DNA of 64,000 nucleotides from Marsupella aquatica (lineage: Eukaryota; Plantae; Marchantiophyta): the NCBI GenBank assembly GCA_973895155.1, contig OZ316896.1, forward strand, positions 1,054,001 through 1,118,000, in the 5' to 3' direction. This document shows, piece by piece, positions 26,058-38,274 of the stretch. The notes beneath the pieces are model-generated. The model was not told the origin of the DNA. It was given only the letters and a program-made list of their open reading frames with translations, and did not search any database. The position numbers were made by a program, and so were the translations under genes. Position 1 is the stretch's first letter. Every line of letters starts with the position of its first letter.

Positions 26058-28591
26058 TGTTGAGCATAGTACGTACTAGGCTGTAAGGGTAACTAGGATG
26101 TAACCTTGTTGTTGAGCAAAGACGACAGTCACAACCTCTGAATTCAACACTCAATTTCGCCTTGAGACTGTCAACTTCAGATTGATCTTTAGCCACAATC
26201 AACATGTCATCCACATAGATAACCAGAATGATGGAACCAAATACATCATTCTTCACTGATTTGGTATACACACAAGGATCATACACCATCTTTGTAAAAC
26301 CTTGAGCAAGCATGAAATCATCAAACCGCTTGTTCCACTTGAGCAATCTGCAAACTAAGTTCTCTTGGCCCTTCTTCATAAAGCCTAGTGGCTATCTCAT
26401 AAAGATCAACTCTTCCAAGTTGCCATAGAGAAAAGCAGTAACAACATCCATCTGATCCATCACCAGACCAAAAAACATAACAAGCTGACACAAGATCCGA
26501 ATTGTGGAATACTTAGCCACCGGTGAAAAGACCTCATTGTAGTCCACTCCTTTCTCCTGATTGAACCCCTTGGCAACAAGCCTTGCCTTGTAGATCTTAT
26601 CTCCACCCTCTGAAGGACTGTCCTTCAACTTGTAAATTCACTTGCTGTCCACCACTTGTTGACCTCTTGGAAGCTCCACCAGCTCCCATGTCTTGTTGTC
26701 ACTCAAAGATTGCAACTCCCTCTGCATTGCTGCATTCCACTCATGCTTCTATTCTGAAGCACAAGCCTCACTGTACGAAGAAGGCTCTCCTTCTTCCAAG
26801 ATCAAAGTCATGTCATCATCAGGTGCAATGTCAATATCATCTAGCTTAGATGAGTCTGCCCATTGACCATACCTGGTAGGAGCTTTAGTAGAACGATTGG
26901 AAGTTCTTCTAGTAGATGACTCAGGCTGATCTGCTGCTGCTGCTAGTTGAATTTGAGGTACCCCAACAACAATCTGCTCCTCTTGTTCCATCAGAGGAAC
27001 CAGCTCCAAGCCTGGAGCTTCTCCATCTCTCTTGTCTCCTATCATGAACAGCATCATGACTAATCTCCCCCTCAACCCGGTCTGGGATGGGAGATTTCCC
27101 CTTGTCAGTATGGGAGTCCTGAGAACTCTCTCCCTCCTTTGATGATCTGGATTCATTAAAGGATACATCTCTACTGACAATTAGTTTATAGGTTACTGGA
27201 TCCCATAACCTATAACCCTTCACACCTTTCTGATAGCCAAGGAAAATACACTTCTTCGACTTGGACTCCAGCTTGGAACGAAGCTGGGAAGGTGTAAGCA
27301 CATAAGCATCACATCCAAGCACACAGTGCTCACAAAATTCCAACTTACAAGACTGCAAATTACAAAGTAATCCTTTCTTCTGAAGAATAACCAAACATTT
27401 TTCACTCATGTGGCCCAAACGAAAGTGCCACAGCCGGGCCGTCTCCTCATGAGATAAGGTTACATTGGCTTCATCACAAACTACACTGCCCTCCAAAACG
27501 TATAGATTGTTATGTCTCTTTCCCTTCAATACAACTTTAGTACCAGTTGAAACCTGAAGGACACCATTAGCAGAACTCCATTGATGATCATTTGCTTCTA
27601 AAACTCCAAGTGAAATAAGATTTTTCATCATGCTAGGAATATGTCTCACATTCCTCAACGTTCTCACAGCACCATCAAACATCTGAAATTTTACAGATCC
27701 AAGTCCAACAATTTGACATGGGATTCCATTTCCCATCAACACTGACCCGTTGGAAATTGTGTAAGAACTAAAACAATCTCTCCTAGAGCAAATGTAAAAA
27801 GTACATGCACTATCTAGAATCCAGTCATCACTACCTGGATTTGACACTACATTGAGAGCATAACCTTGGCATCACAATATGTCATCATCATCGAGTAAAT
27901 CTACCTCATGCGAGCTCGATGTCGCGTTAGCAGATGCAGTAGGGACCTTTACTCGACAATCCCTTTTCATGTGGCCAGGCTTGCCACAATTCCAACATGC
28001 AAGAGGCTTCCTCTCTTGCGATTTCCCTCTAGATTTAGATCTTCCTCGTGATGTAGATCTAAACCTGTTTTGCCCATTTGTGCGTTGCGCTACTCTTCCC
28101 CTGTTCACATTGAGCGCAGTGCCAGAAGAAGATGCTTTCTGTGATTGACCCAGCTTCTTCTGAGCATCATCAGACAGTAAAGAGCTCACCACCTCATTAT
28201 ACAAAATGGACTTCAGATCTCTGTACAAGAGCACCTGTTTCAAGCCCTGATAAGACGACGGTAAGGAGCTTAGCAAAAGCAAGGCCTTATCCTCATCTTC
28301 AACTCATTTTCCCAGGTTTGACAGATCCACCGCTAGACTGTCAAACTCATCCAGGTGATCCTACATCTTGCTCCCTTCCTTGAGCCTGAGGCTCATCAAG
28401 AGAAACTTCTTGTACAGCCGGTCTGACGCATCTTCCCGGTAGTACTTCTCTCTAAGAGCCTTGAACAGTGACGCACAATCCGCATAATCATCCAGCTGCT
28501 TGATGATGTGCGGCTTGAGATATAGCATCACTGCATTGACAGCAATCACTTGCTCCTATCTCCACTGTCTCATAGAAATCTCCTCCTCTCC

Positions 28592-28943
28592 GGTGAAAAG
28601 TAAGATCGAGGGGTACCAAAGGAGGCAATCAGGACTAACCTTGGACAACCACTTTTGAAGGACTGAAGAAAAGGACTGAAAATGTCATTAAAATATGGTT
28701 GAATACCCTCCCCAAAAGGTTGGACACACTTCCACAATGTTGGGGGCACTTCCAACAATGTTGTGCACACTTCCAAAGACTTGGCATGCAAGATCTAACC
28801 TTTAAAGTTTTTCCAAGCAATCCTAACCATTCCATGTCACATTTTGGTCATTATGGAATATTCTTGGAATAAGGACAAGGAGTATATCCTTTTTGTGGAG
28901 AAAATGGGAGACTTTTCAATACCCCTCAAGCTTGCTTTTGACC
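28592..28943. mobile_element. 352-bp TIR element (MITE) inserted in copia gag, 4-bp TSD CTCC
   Basis: Left GGTGAAAAGTAAGATCGAGGGGTA vs right reverse complement GGTCAAAAGCAAGCTTGAGGGGTA. CTCC at 28588-28591 and 28944-28947. Removing the element plus one TSD restores the gag frame (..QYDGEEEISMRQWR*EQVIAVNAVML). Confidence 0.85.
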
Positions 28944-30976
28944 CTCCATCATACTGTTCTCGCGATGAAAGCAGATGAGCTAAGCCCATGGCCCGTAGAA
29001 CACCCTTCACTTGCTTCTCCCAGAGCAAGTAATTAGTATGACCATCGTACTTCTCCACCTCAAACTTCACTCCTCCAAATCTAGCCATCTCCCTCTTCTT
29101 TCCAACTACCGACAACTCTGGTAGTAACACAACTTCCTCTACTGCACGCCGCACCGATGATCGTACCGGTGTCACTAGTTCTTCCTCAAACGGTAGCAGC
29201 TCCTCCTCAGACTCTTCGTCTAACCGTCGTGATCCTGAAGCTCCACCGATGCCAATTCTTCCAGTATCCTCCCAATCACTCATATGAAACAATCACAAAA
29301 AAACATCTTTTTTTGAAACTTCTCACAAAACTCAAAACTCAACACCGCCGCGTAGCCCACGAAGCTAGGAGTCCAATACTAAAACCCGAAATCAAAATCA
29401 AAATTTGACGAAAAAGTTATTCAAATTTTGGTCGGGGTGGGTAAAACCTTGGGAAACTCCCCCGTTTTGACCACCTCGGAGAATAACCAAAATACCAAGT
29501 ACAACCCATCATCGGAATTGCAATGTGATTGGTGCGCCACATTGCTAACTCCAGTGGCAACGTCCTTGCCAAAAAAGAACCAAAAAAGTTATCGTTCGGC
29601 GGACAGAATCTTCGTCGGACGGCCGAAAAACAGCTCTATGTTTTTTGGGAATATTCCAGCACAATCCGACAGGTCTCACAGGGGGCCGTTTCTCCTGTCT
29701 GAGCGGTTAAAATGGAGGGCGGCAGGTCCCGACACCAAGTAAAACAAGAGGAAGCGAAGAAGAGGAAAAAAGAGCCAAAATAAGGCCCTAAAGGGGTGCA
29801 AAGCACCTTGAATCCAAAAATACAAGTATAAACAAGGCCAGGGCGTCGAGGTAAAATACGGTTGCGTACGCAGCCAGAGACCATGTCCCGGGGGCATACC
29901 GTTGCCATGCGCCGTGGAGGGGCGCCGGCAAAAGGCAGGCGCGAGGTGGGAGAACCGGGGGCGTAGGGCGAAGGCAGGGCCGGCTGGCGGAGGGAGTCCC
30001 CCGGCTTACGTAGGCACATGGAGTGTGAGGCGGCCGGCTGGCTGCCTGGCGCAAAACGGTGTTAAAAGGGGGGGCGCGGGCCTGGCCGGGGTGACTGGCG
30101 AGTGGGGAGGGAATGGTCGAGGCGCGCGCCGGCCGGTGCTACGGACCCCGCCGTTATAAATGGGGTGCGGGGAGGGGGGAGGGATACAAATACAAGGGGG
30201 GCGGGGCCAGCACGAGGTGTGTATACACCTTGTGTGTATACACATGAAAATAACCCCTCTATCCCCCCTATAAAGGCAAAAAAACTCCCCCGGGATAAGT
30301 GAATGAAAAACTCACCTAAAAAGCCGTTGTTTGATCCAAAGAAAGTGAACGCCGCCGATGGTAAATGTTTCCGAATTTCACCGGCACAATCTGCAGCTCC
30401 AGCAGAGTAAACAATTTCTGCCGCATCGCCTTAGTTCACTCCGCGTCAAGTGCCAATCCCGGGCTCAAAACGACCGCCTCGCCGCAATCAAACCGTTGAG
30501 CCGTAGCACTTCGCGTTTCTTCCATGGAGTTGGACGTTATGAAGAGAAACCCGGTTTAGATGGGAACAAGCTCCATAGCTTGTGAAAAAACCTGAACGCC
30601 TCCTTCACTCGTCACGTCGCACTCGATAACAACTCGGCAACAATCCAGCTACCGAAACGACCAGCTTGCTTCAACCTTCAACTTGAGCTATAATGTGCGA
30701 TCTCTCCCGCACCGCACAACTCACACCGTTGAAAAAACCCCCAAAAACTCCCCAAAAAATCGTCGAACATGAATAAAACCTTAACGACGCAAATTTGAAT
30801 TTCTCCGCACCACAGATACCGATCAGCGAGTTCTAACCACCGTTAGAAAGCCCTCTAACTAACCTATCCTCACAACCACACACATTTGAGTTTCATGCGA
30901 CCAAACTCCGAATGTACCATCGACAATGAACGCTGGAAAAACCTATCACGAAAAAACCTCATCACCTCCCAGGCAT

Positions 30977-30988
30977 GCTCTGATACCA
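30977..30988 (-). other. Primer-binding site complementary to the 3' end of initiator tRNA-Met
   Basis: GCTCTGATACCA (reverse complement TGGTATCAGAGC) lies 2 nt from the LTR edge at 30991. Confidence 0.92.
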
Positions 30989-31175
30989 CTTGTTGAGCAT
31001 AGACGACATTTGTAATAGCAAGCCCATGAACCATCCAACGCACAATAGTCAACACAGAGAGATACGTGGTTCACCTCCACATGAGGCTACGTGAACACAC
31101 AAGAGCTAAGTCCTAACCCGAGTTAACCTAACTGTAGTTAGCTCATGAGTCACAAGACTAGAGCAATATCTAACA

Positions 31176-32485
31176 AATCTGATTTGTTCCTATATGGTAC
31201 ACTTTACGGTAATGGCCAACGGTGGGTCCAGTACGACACCATTGTACTTTAGTTTGCCGACACGAAGCAATATCGGAAAGTGGCGGCTGGGCAATCCTTG
31301 CTTTTGACAGGACTAACTAACTGGCTGCATTGCCGGCAAGGTGCATAGGCCCCATCCAAGTGACCGGCGATTGTCTTAGGGTTTTGACTCAACCTTGGCT
31401 AGGTTAACTAGAGTAAGTTAACCAGAGTTAAGATTAGTTGACTAGACTCTTCATGAAAGGATAACCCTCTTTGTATCCCATGGAGAGAGAGCACTTAGTT
31501 CAGAACTTTGTGTGAGAGAGAGAGTGTAAGAATCCGTCGGCTCCAGACTAGACAGCAATGCGGAAACATGTGAGAGACACTCAATCAGATGCTACACCGA
31601 CGAGACACCCGGAGTGAAGAAACTCCTGAAGGCTCCATAGCAAATGAGAGTACATGTAAAGAATGAGGGAGAGAGTGTTCTCCCTCCAACCTATACCCCC
31701 CAAGGGGCCCAAGATGAGTGGGCCTAAACTAAGCGGATCTTATCCTAATATAATCCAGGGTTAACTAACCCTAGTAAGGCCAAACTAACTAAGTCGGGAA
31801 CTCAAGTCAATTCCTAATAGAGAGAGCTTGGACCATGGAGCTATGGTGATATGTACTTTTTGTGTTCATAGTGAAGCTCTTGGTGCGACTATGAAAATAG
31901 CCCTGATGAGGTGAACCACGTATCTTTGTGTCAGTGTACTTGAGTGCTATATGAGTGATGATATATTATGAGACGTCATGATGTTTGTTTTGATCTTTGT
32001 TATTTTTTGTGCCAACCTAATTTGTTCCTACGGTACACTTTATGGCAATGGCCAATGGTGGGTCCAGTCCAACACCATCATACTTTAGTTTGCCAACACG
32101 ATGCAATATCGGAAAGTGGTGGTTGGGCAATCCCTGCTTTTGACAGGACTAACTAACGGCTGCATTGCCGGCAAAGTGCGTAGGCCCCATCCCGATGACC
32201 GGCGATCGTGTTAGTATTTTGACTCAACCTTGGCTAGGTTAACTAGAATAAGTTAACCGGAGTTAAGATTAGTTGACTAGTCTCTTCATGAAGGGATAAC
32301 CCTCTTTGTATCCTATGGAGAGAGAGCACTTAGTTGAGAACTTTGTGTGTGTGAGAGAGAGAGTTTGGACCATAGAGCTATCGTGATATGTACTTTCCGT
32401 GTTCATAGTGAAGCTCTTGGTCGCCTGTGGTCGTAACCTTGACAAGGTGAACCACATATCTTTGTGTAAGTGTACTCGAGTACAC
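31176..32485 (+). repeat. Tandemly duplicated unit containing an LTR-like sequence related to the copia LTR
   Basis: 31181-31524 plus 31820-31950 matches 32020-32485 at high identity. The segments starting T(C/G)TTAG..TTTTGACTC (31375, 32208) share AGGTTAACT and GAGGTGAACCACGTATCT with the reverse complement of the 30991-31175 LTR. Confidence 0.75.
31525..31819. mobile_element. Solo LTR (295 bp) with 5-bp TSD GAGAG
   Basis: Begins TGTAAG and ends CTAATA (CA>TA decay). Flanked by GAGAG on both sides. Absent from the paralogous unit at ~32360, which is the empty site. Confidence 0.75.
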
Positions 32486-33665
32486 TGTCTTGATCGCGGA
32501 AGACCAGGCCCGATCACTGGTCATCGGGACAACCAGCGATCGGGATGATTGCGGAGGACCAGCGATCAGGCCTGTCTTCACTTGTTCATCTTTTCCGTGA
32601 GATGATGGATTTCCACTTTCGAGTACTCTAATTCTTTGACACGGTTTCGAATCAGAGCAGTCATGATTGTTACTTGCATCCTTGCCATGTCATTGAGGGT
32701 GGCTTTATAAGTTGTTGGGCAATGTTGTTTTAGTGTTGGGGTAACCAATAGGGCATCTAACACTTGAATAGACTCGGACTTCTACTCAGGCCAAGAGTTT
32801 GGGGTGCCGGATACAGACTAAACGTGTGCGGTACACTGAGTTGGCGACCCCACTTTTTCGCCCGGGCTTTTTCGCTAACAGCAGGCTAGGTATCCATTAC
32901 CTCCACAACTTCCCGGCAGTAGTTTTGGCCTTATTTTCTGATGGTCAGCAGCCCAGATGGCTCTCGAGATACCCAAGCTTTAAGTCGCCCTAAAGGGGCA
33001 AAGGGGGGATAGAGTAACATCAAATAACTGCCATGTCTGTCTTGTGTCTGGACTATGTCGAAAGACTTTTCTTTTTCGTTTTTCGTTTTACGTGCTAGGG
33101 CATGATGAATATTTTCAATGCAAAAAAATTAGTTCACGTGGAGCCTAATTTCATCGTCTGCAGGAGTAGGAGCTCGAGGACAAAATGGAGCGGTGGGCGA
33201 TCAATCTTACGAATTCGCATTTTTTGCATGATTGTGGGTATTGTATTAGAAGCTTAGAGCCAGCTGCTCCCTAGCGTAAATTCTAACTTCCTCGGGCGTT
33301 GTACGTGAAGCCACCTAAAGCCTGAAGTTCTGTGACAAGTAGCAAGGAAGCTATGGTGTTCGAAGTCCATTTGGTGACTCAGACGCTTGGTTTCATCAGT
33401 TGTTGACGGCCGCAAATCATTGTTCTAAAATTGGACGAGAACACAGCAACTTCTGAACCTTGTCTAGAGCAAAATGGAAATTTCGTCTCAACAATGCTCC
33501 CAGCTGCTGGGTACCTCCAATTGGACTCGCTCCTCCATTTAAAGGTTCCTTCTCGATTGAAAGTGCCGTTGACAACTTTTGCATGACCAACTCTGAGATG
33601 CCAGTGACATTTCGGAGGCACCTCTTCTGAATGGTTTAGCGACTACGGAGATTCTCGTAGCGTCA

Positions 33666-36628
33666 ATGGCGTCGTCCGACGACAACAAGCTAGTGGAGTC
33701 CTCCAGAGATTTTATGACGATAGGCAGCCAACACAATGATCAGTTTCTAGCATACACGGATTGGAGATATGGTCTCAAGAGTTTCAGTTTCAGTTTCCGG
33801 CAATTGTGCATCATAGGAACCCTGATTATGATAGTCATGGGATTACTCAGCAGGTATTTTCTGGAGTCCTCTCTCCAAGTGATAATGGATCCTAGTTTTG
33901 ATCCCATGCAAGTAGAATTCTTCCCCAAGTACCACAATCTCCACGATGCGGCTTCTGATAGGTCGTTGATAATTTTTGAGGAGGATGCGGTGAAAGTTTC
34001 CTCTTCTCCAAGTGAACTGTTATCGAGGGAGTCAGCTCAGGAGGTTAAATCTAGCATTGAAAATCTGGACAAAGAATATGCGTCACCAGAAGAAAACGCA
34101 ATTGGTGATGAAAAGGACGTCAAGACCACGTTAATGATGCCGCCGGTGGGACAGGATGACATTCACCAGCAGGTAGACGGGACCGAAACCAACCTGGCCG
34201 ATCAATCTACCACGGATTCAACCAGAATTGAAGTTTCTGCCCAACAGAAGGAGAAGCAGATCAAACTCTTCCCAGAAGACCTACCACAAGATGAGACTCT
34301 AAAAACAAGCGGCGAAGACAAAGAAATAGTGAATTTGAATGACGCGCAAAATACGTCGCTTGACGAGACACTCCAATCTATTGACTCCTCAGCAATGAAA
34401 CCCAATTTGAACAGCTCCACAGGTGATTCACTCATACATTTGGATGAATTCTATTTTCTTGAACTGATGACATTATTTATTAGATGACCTTTGGATTCAT
34501 AGACAATACGAGAGATGCAAACGGGAACATTCAACGATATTTGTCGTTCGAGCCCTCAACTAAGTTATGCCAGAGCCTAACTTTATTAGAATTACGGACC
34601 TGGGCGTCAAAATATGTCGCGAGTGTCAATTACTTGTTCATCCTTGCAAAGAACCGGATACAAGTTCAGTGTGTACACCTACTGTCACTACGTCAGGTAG
34701 TTGCATACAGAATTATCATTACCTACCAGTGGTTAATTTAGTTGTAATAATATTCACACACCATTCCCTACATAGTTCTTGCCATTGCATTCTCGCTCAC
34801 CTAGTTTAGAAGCCCGTTTCGAAGCTGCCAGATAGAGAAACTTGAGTCTGCAAGTATCACAATGAATTCAAAATTTCTGTGCAAATTTTACTGTCGAGAC
34901 CATTTGGCTGCTCTGTTGGGGCAACAGAACGGGATCCAAGAAATCGCATTCTCGCTGACCTATTGATGGAGACTTTCTTAATTCCTGTTTAGAAGTCTCA
35001 TTTTATTTGTTTGGCATCACTCGACAGGTGAATGTGATTTGACGGTCGGGAAATGGGTTTATGACCCTGCCGGGCCTTTATACCGCTCCGATCAATGCTC
35101 GATTCTAAGCCAGCGCCAAAACTGCCGAAGTAATGGAAGACCGGACCATGAATACGAGTTCTATAAGTGGGAACCAGATCACTGCTCGCTTCCTCGATTT
35201 GATCCTAATGCATTCCTGGAAATGATGCGAGGCAAAACTCTGGCATTCATTGGAGACTCCTTGGCAAGGAATCAAATGGAGTCCCTGATGTGTATTTTGC
35301 TCCAGGTGAGGACCACGAGCTTGTTTTGAGACGCTTAAGTAATCGATCCATCACTCTCCCTGTGTCCAGCCGGAGCCTTTTGGGTCAGGATGTGGGGAGA
35401 TTCCTCTGTGAATGCACGGGAGGGTGTGGATCTATTGGATTTGGGTAGGGGGAAGAGTAACAGCAAAGGAAGAAAAGTATTTGGAGTGTTTATCTACGTC
35501 TCTTCACCTCTTGAACTCTTAAGGAAAGGAGATTAATTAAGAAGCTTACTGGGAAGCTGTTTCTAGTTACCAGATTGGGGCTTTTCAAGTATGAGATGAA
35601 AAATCTATCGAAAAGTTTGCTTTTAGGTGACTCGGATTAAACGTTGAGACGGTACGTATGCTGGATATACCAATCTGCTTGCGCAAGTGCATCAATTTGG
35701 GCCCTGTTTCTATGAGTGATATAATCCCCAATCTGCTGGAATAACGCAATCTCAAATTTACATCTTGATACCTGCTGGTTGTAGAATTATGATGTGAGGC
35801 TAAGCTTTGTGTCCTAATTTTGTCTAGGTTGCCAAGGCCAGGCCCAAGGGAGGCAAGACCATGCACAAATGGTACTTCCCATCTCATAGTTTCACAGTTG
35901 TTCGAATGTGGTCTTCGTGGCTCGTCCGAATCGGAGGAGATTTTCCACCTTCTGCAGCGCCTGAAGGCGTAACCAAGCTCAACCTCACAGAGCTCGATGA
36001 TTATGCAGAGCATCTACCCGCGTTTGATGTCACAATCCTCTCCTCTGGCCACTGGTGGCTCCAGAAGACAGCATATTTCATGAACGGGGAGATGTTGGGG
36101 GGAACGGGGTTTCGATGGCTCCCCACTTTTGGCGAAATGAAGCTGAACCACAGCAGCGCTTACGACATTGCATTGAACAATACGTTGCAAAAGGTAGGTT
36201 CTTATCCAGGTTACAGAGGTCTCACCATCTTGAGAACTTATACTCCAGATCACTACCAGGGTGGGAACTGGAGTAATGGAGGATCATGCACAGGAGAAAC
36301 GAAGCCGTATCAGGAGGCACCAAGGAACCCTTTCAATGATAAGATGCGTGCAAAACAGATCAACATTTTCGAGTTCAACACACAAAATTCTCGAGGTAGG
36401 ATCATGCCGAATGGCTCCAAACTCAGGCTGCTAGATATTTATACTGTTCTGAATTACAGAGGGGATGGCCATCCCGGTCCTTATAGGAGCACTGATCCCC
36501 TGAAGCAAACAACCTCGGATTCTAAAGGCCATCCGCCTCCTCAGGATTGCTTGCATTGGTGCATGCCAGGCCCAGTCGATACGGTGAACGAGCTTTTATT
36601 TCATCTGCTGAGGGAAGAGATGCAATAG
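33666..36628 (+). CDS. TBL: TRICHOME BIREFRINGENCE-LIKE (TBL/DUF231; PMR5N + PC-esterase) polysaccharide O-acetyltransferase, ~611 aa, resembles the TBL17/18 (YLS7) group
   Basis: Exons 33666-34422, 35028-35305 and 35828-36628 are GT-AG with consistent phases (total 1836 nt). N-terminal TM helix LCIIGTLIMIVMGLLSRYFL; CDLTVGKWV; C.SNGRPD; IGDSLARNQMESL; RGDGHPG; DCLHWCMPGPVD. Confidence 0.93.
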
Positions 36629-37009
36629 AAAATCCTCTGATCTCGGATCATATACTCAGCTCATGGATTTAATCATCCGGTTCCTGTCATATGGGAAAGA
36701 CCAAACTGGAACAATGGCTGAACCTTGAAGTTGTGCGGGTTGGTAACAGATTTAACTGCAATACTGCACGGATCTGAAACGAGGGCCTTCACATAGTTTG
36801 CACATCTGTTGTTCAAATCACTAGAGCCAGTGGAGGTGCAACGGGCTAAAGGATGTCCCAGAACTGATAACTCTATTAATTTGGTGGTAATTTGGGGTTC
36901 TACACAGTTAAAAATTCCTAGAGAGCTTGGGACTTGATTCACCAAAGTTTTCCTTCGTGTGGCGAAATACAGTAGCAATTTTTCTTCATGCCGTCACTTA
37001 CAACATACA

Positions 37010-37200
37010 TTAGACCCACACAAGAGAGGCTAAAAGAATCTTTGGAGCAATGCCTCTGTAAGGTAGCCACAAACTAGGGTGTCTCCCCCCCCCCCCACAA
37101 CACACACACACCACACCACACCCCTTGCATGTGGAGGGTGGATTGGCTCTGACTGGCATTTTAAGTTTAATGTATGCAACTGGCTTCTTGCTTTGATTTG
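37010..37200 (-). mobile_element. Degenerate second copy of the SINE-like family at 24.4-24.8 kb
   Basis: CTTTGGAGCAATGCCTCTGTAAGGTAGCCACAA..(CA)n..CACACCCCTTGCATGTGGAGGGTGGATTG matches 24550-24760. The tRNA head is largely deleted. Confidence 0.55.
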
Positions 37201-37484
37201 GATGGAAACACACAGCAAGGGGATCACCTTCTTATAAAGCCCTAGACTAGCTATGATTACAAAATTGGTGACAGATCTCTTGCCTTAACCTCTATGTGCC
37301 GTATAACATACCATTCTAGACATCCCCAGAACATCCCTATTTGAACCTATGCAAACAAACTTATTAACGTTACACAATAGTGTATATAAGGAATTTGATG
37401 TACAAATAGGTAAGGACAAAGAAACAAGTCAAAACCAAACAATTTTATACTCAAATAAGGAATAAAAAAGGTTGTCATGTTAAT

Positions 37485-37943
37485 ACCGGGCGTTAAATCT
37501 ATGTCATGTGAATGTCCTCCCCCACTTTCCTGGGGCCCCGTACACTGCCAGTCCCAATCCCCAATGCTGCTGCCCGCTCCGGCCCAAAATTGGCAAAAAC
37601 ATAAACCAATATTCTACCATTTCGTCATCCACTATGGCCCGGTCAACTTTGTGCCATCTACTTTGTCCTTGTGGAGTTGTGGTTTGTGTTATGGCAACAC
37701 TTATTTCCAAAGAGTTGATCGGCCGGAGCAGGCGACAAAAAGTGATGGGTGTCAAAACATAAACCCAAAGTTGATGGCACAAAGTTGATCAAGCCGGAGC
37801 AGGTGACAAAATGGTAACGTATTGGTGTATGCTTTGGCAAACTCAGGCCGGAGCAAGCAACAGCTTTGGGGACTAGGACGAGCAGTGTACAGGGCACCAG
37901 GAAAATGGGGGAGCAGTAACTCGACGGAGGTTTAACACACGGT
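37485..37943. mobile_element. Older, shorter copy of the 19373-20461 TIR element
   Basis: Same TIR sequence (ACCG.GCGTTAAATCT..TTTCCTGGG.CCCCGTACACTGCC..) at both ends, inverted. The interior holds only ~50 bp matching the end of the 154-bp unit. No clear TSD remains. Confidence 0.8.
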
Positions 37944-38274
37944 GTGATGAGGAAGATGAAGAATAGTACGGTTATGAGATGGACAAGGGAGTCTGAGTAC
38001 ACAAATAGTACGGTCATGAGATGAGGAATAATACAAAAATCCAAAACTCTTGTATCAGGTGGGTCATATAAAATATTGTGGTGTGAAAAATCTATTCATT
38101 GATTCCAACCTCTGAGCATGACACACTAGTGATTTATAACAGTGCAAAGTCAATTAACCAGCACCACCAGATACAGCATCGTTCTAGCGCTCTCTACTCC
38201 AGTCAAAAGGGTGCGAAGTCAGCCTCCGAGCTATTTAGGAATGAGCCTGATTACGTATTAAGACAGGAAACCCA

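Larger units (their letters stand above)
26058..31175 (-). mobile_element. Ty1/copia LTR retrotransposon, internally deleted and non-autonomous
   Basis: 5-bp TSD AATCT (26053-26057, 31176-31180). 5' LTR 30991-31175 (TG..CA). PBS TGGTATCAGAGC (tRNA-iMet). Gag KFEVEKYDGHTNYLLW and zinc knuckle CWNCGKPGHMKRDC; protease WILDSAC; LWHFRLGH..CEHC; GVKGYRLWD; RT YKARLVAKGF, QMDVVTAFLYG, YVDDML. Stops and frameshifts throughout. Confidence 0.96.

Noticed and set aside
29428-30585. Cluster of GC-rich overlapping ORFs
   Set aside because: They lie in the copia leader between PBS and gag; high GC explains the stop scarcity and no domains are recognisable.
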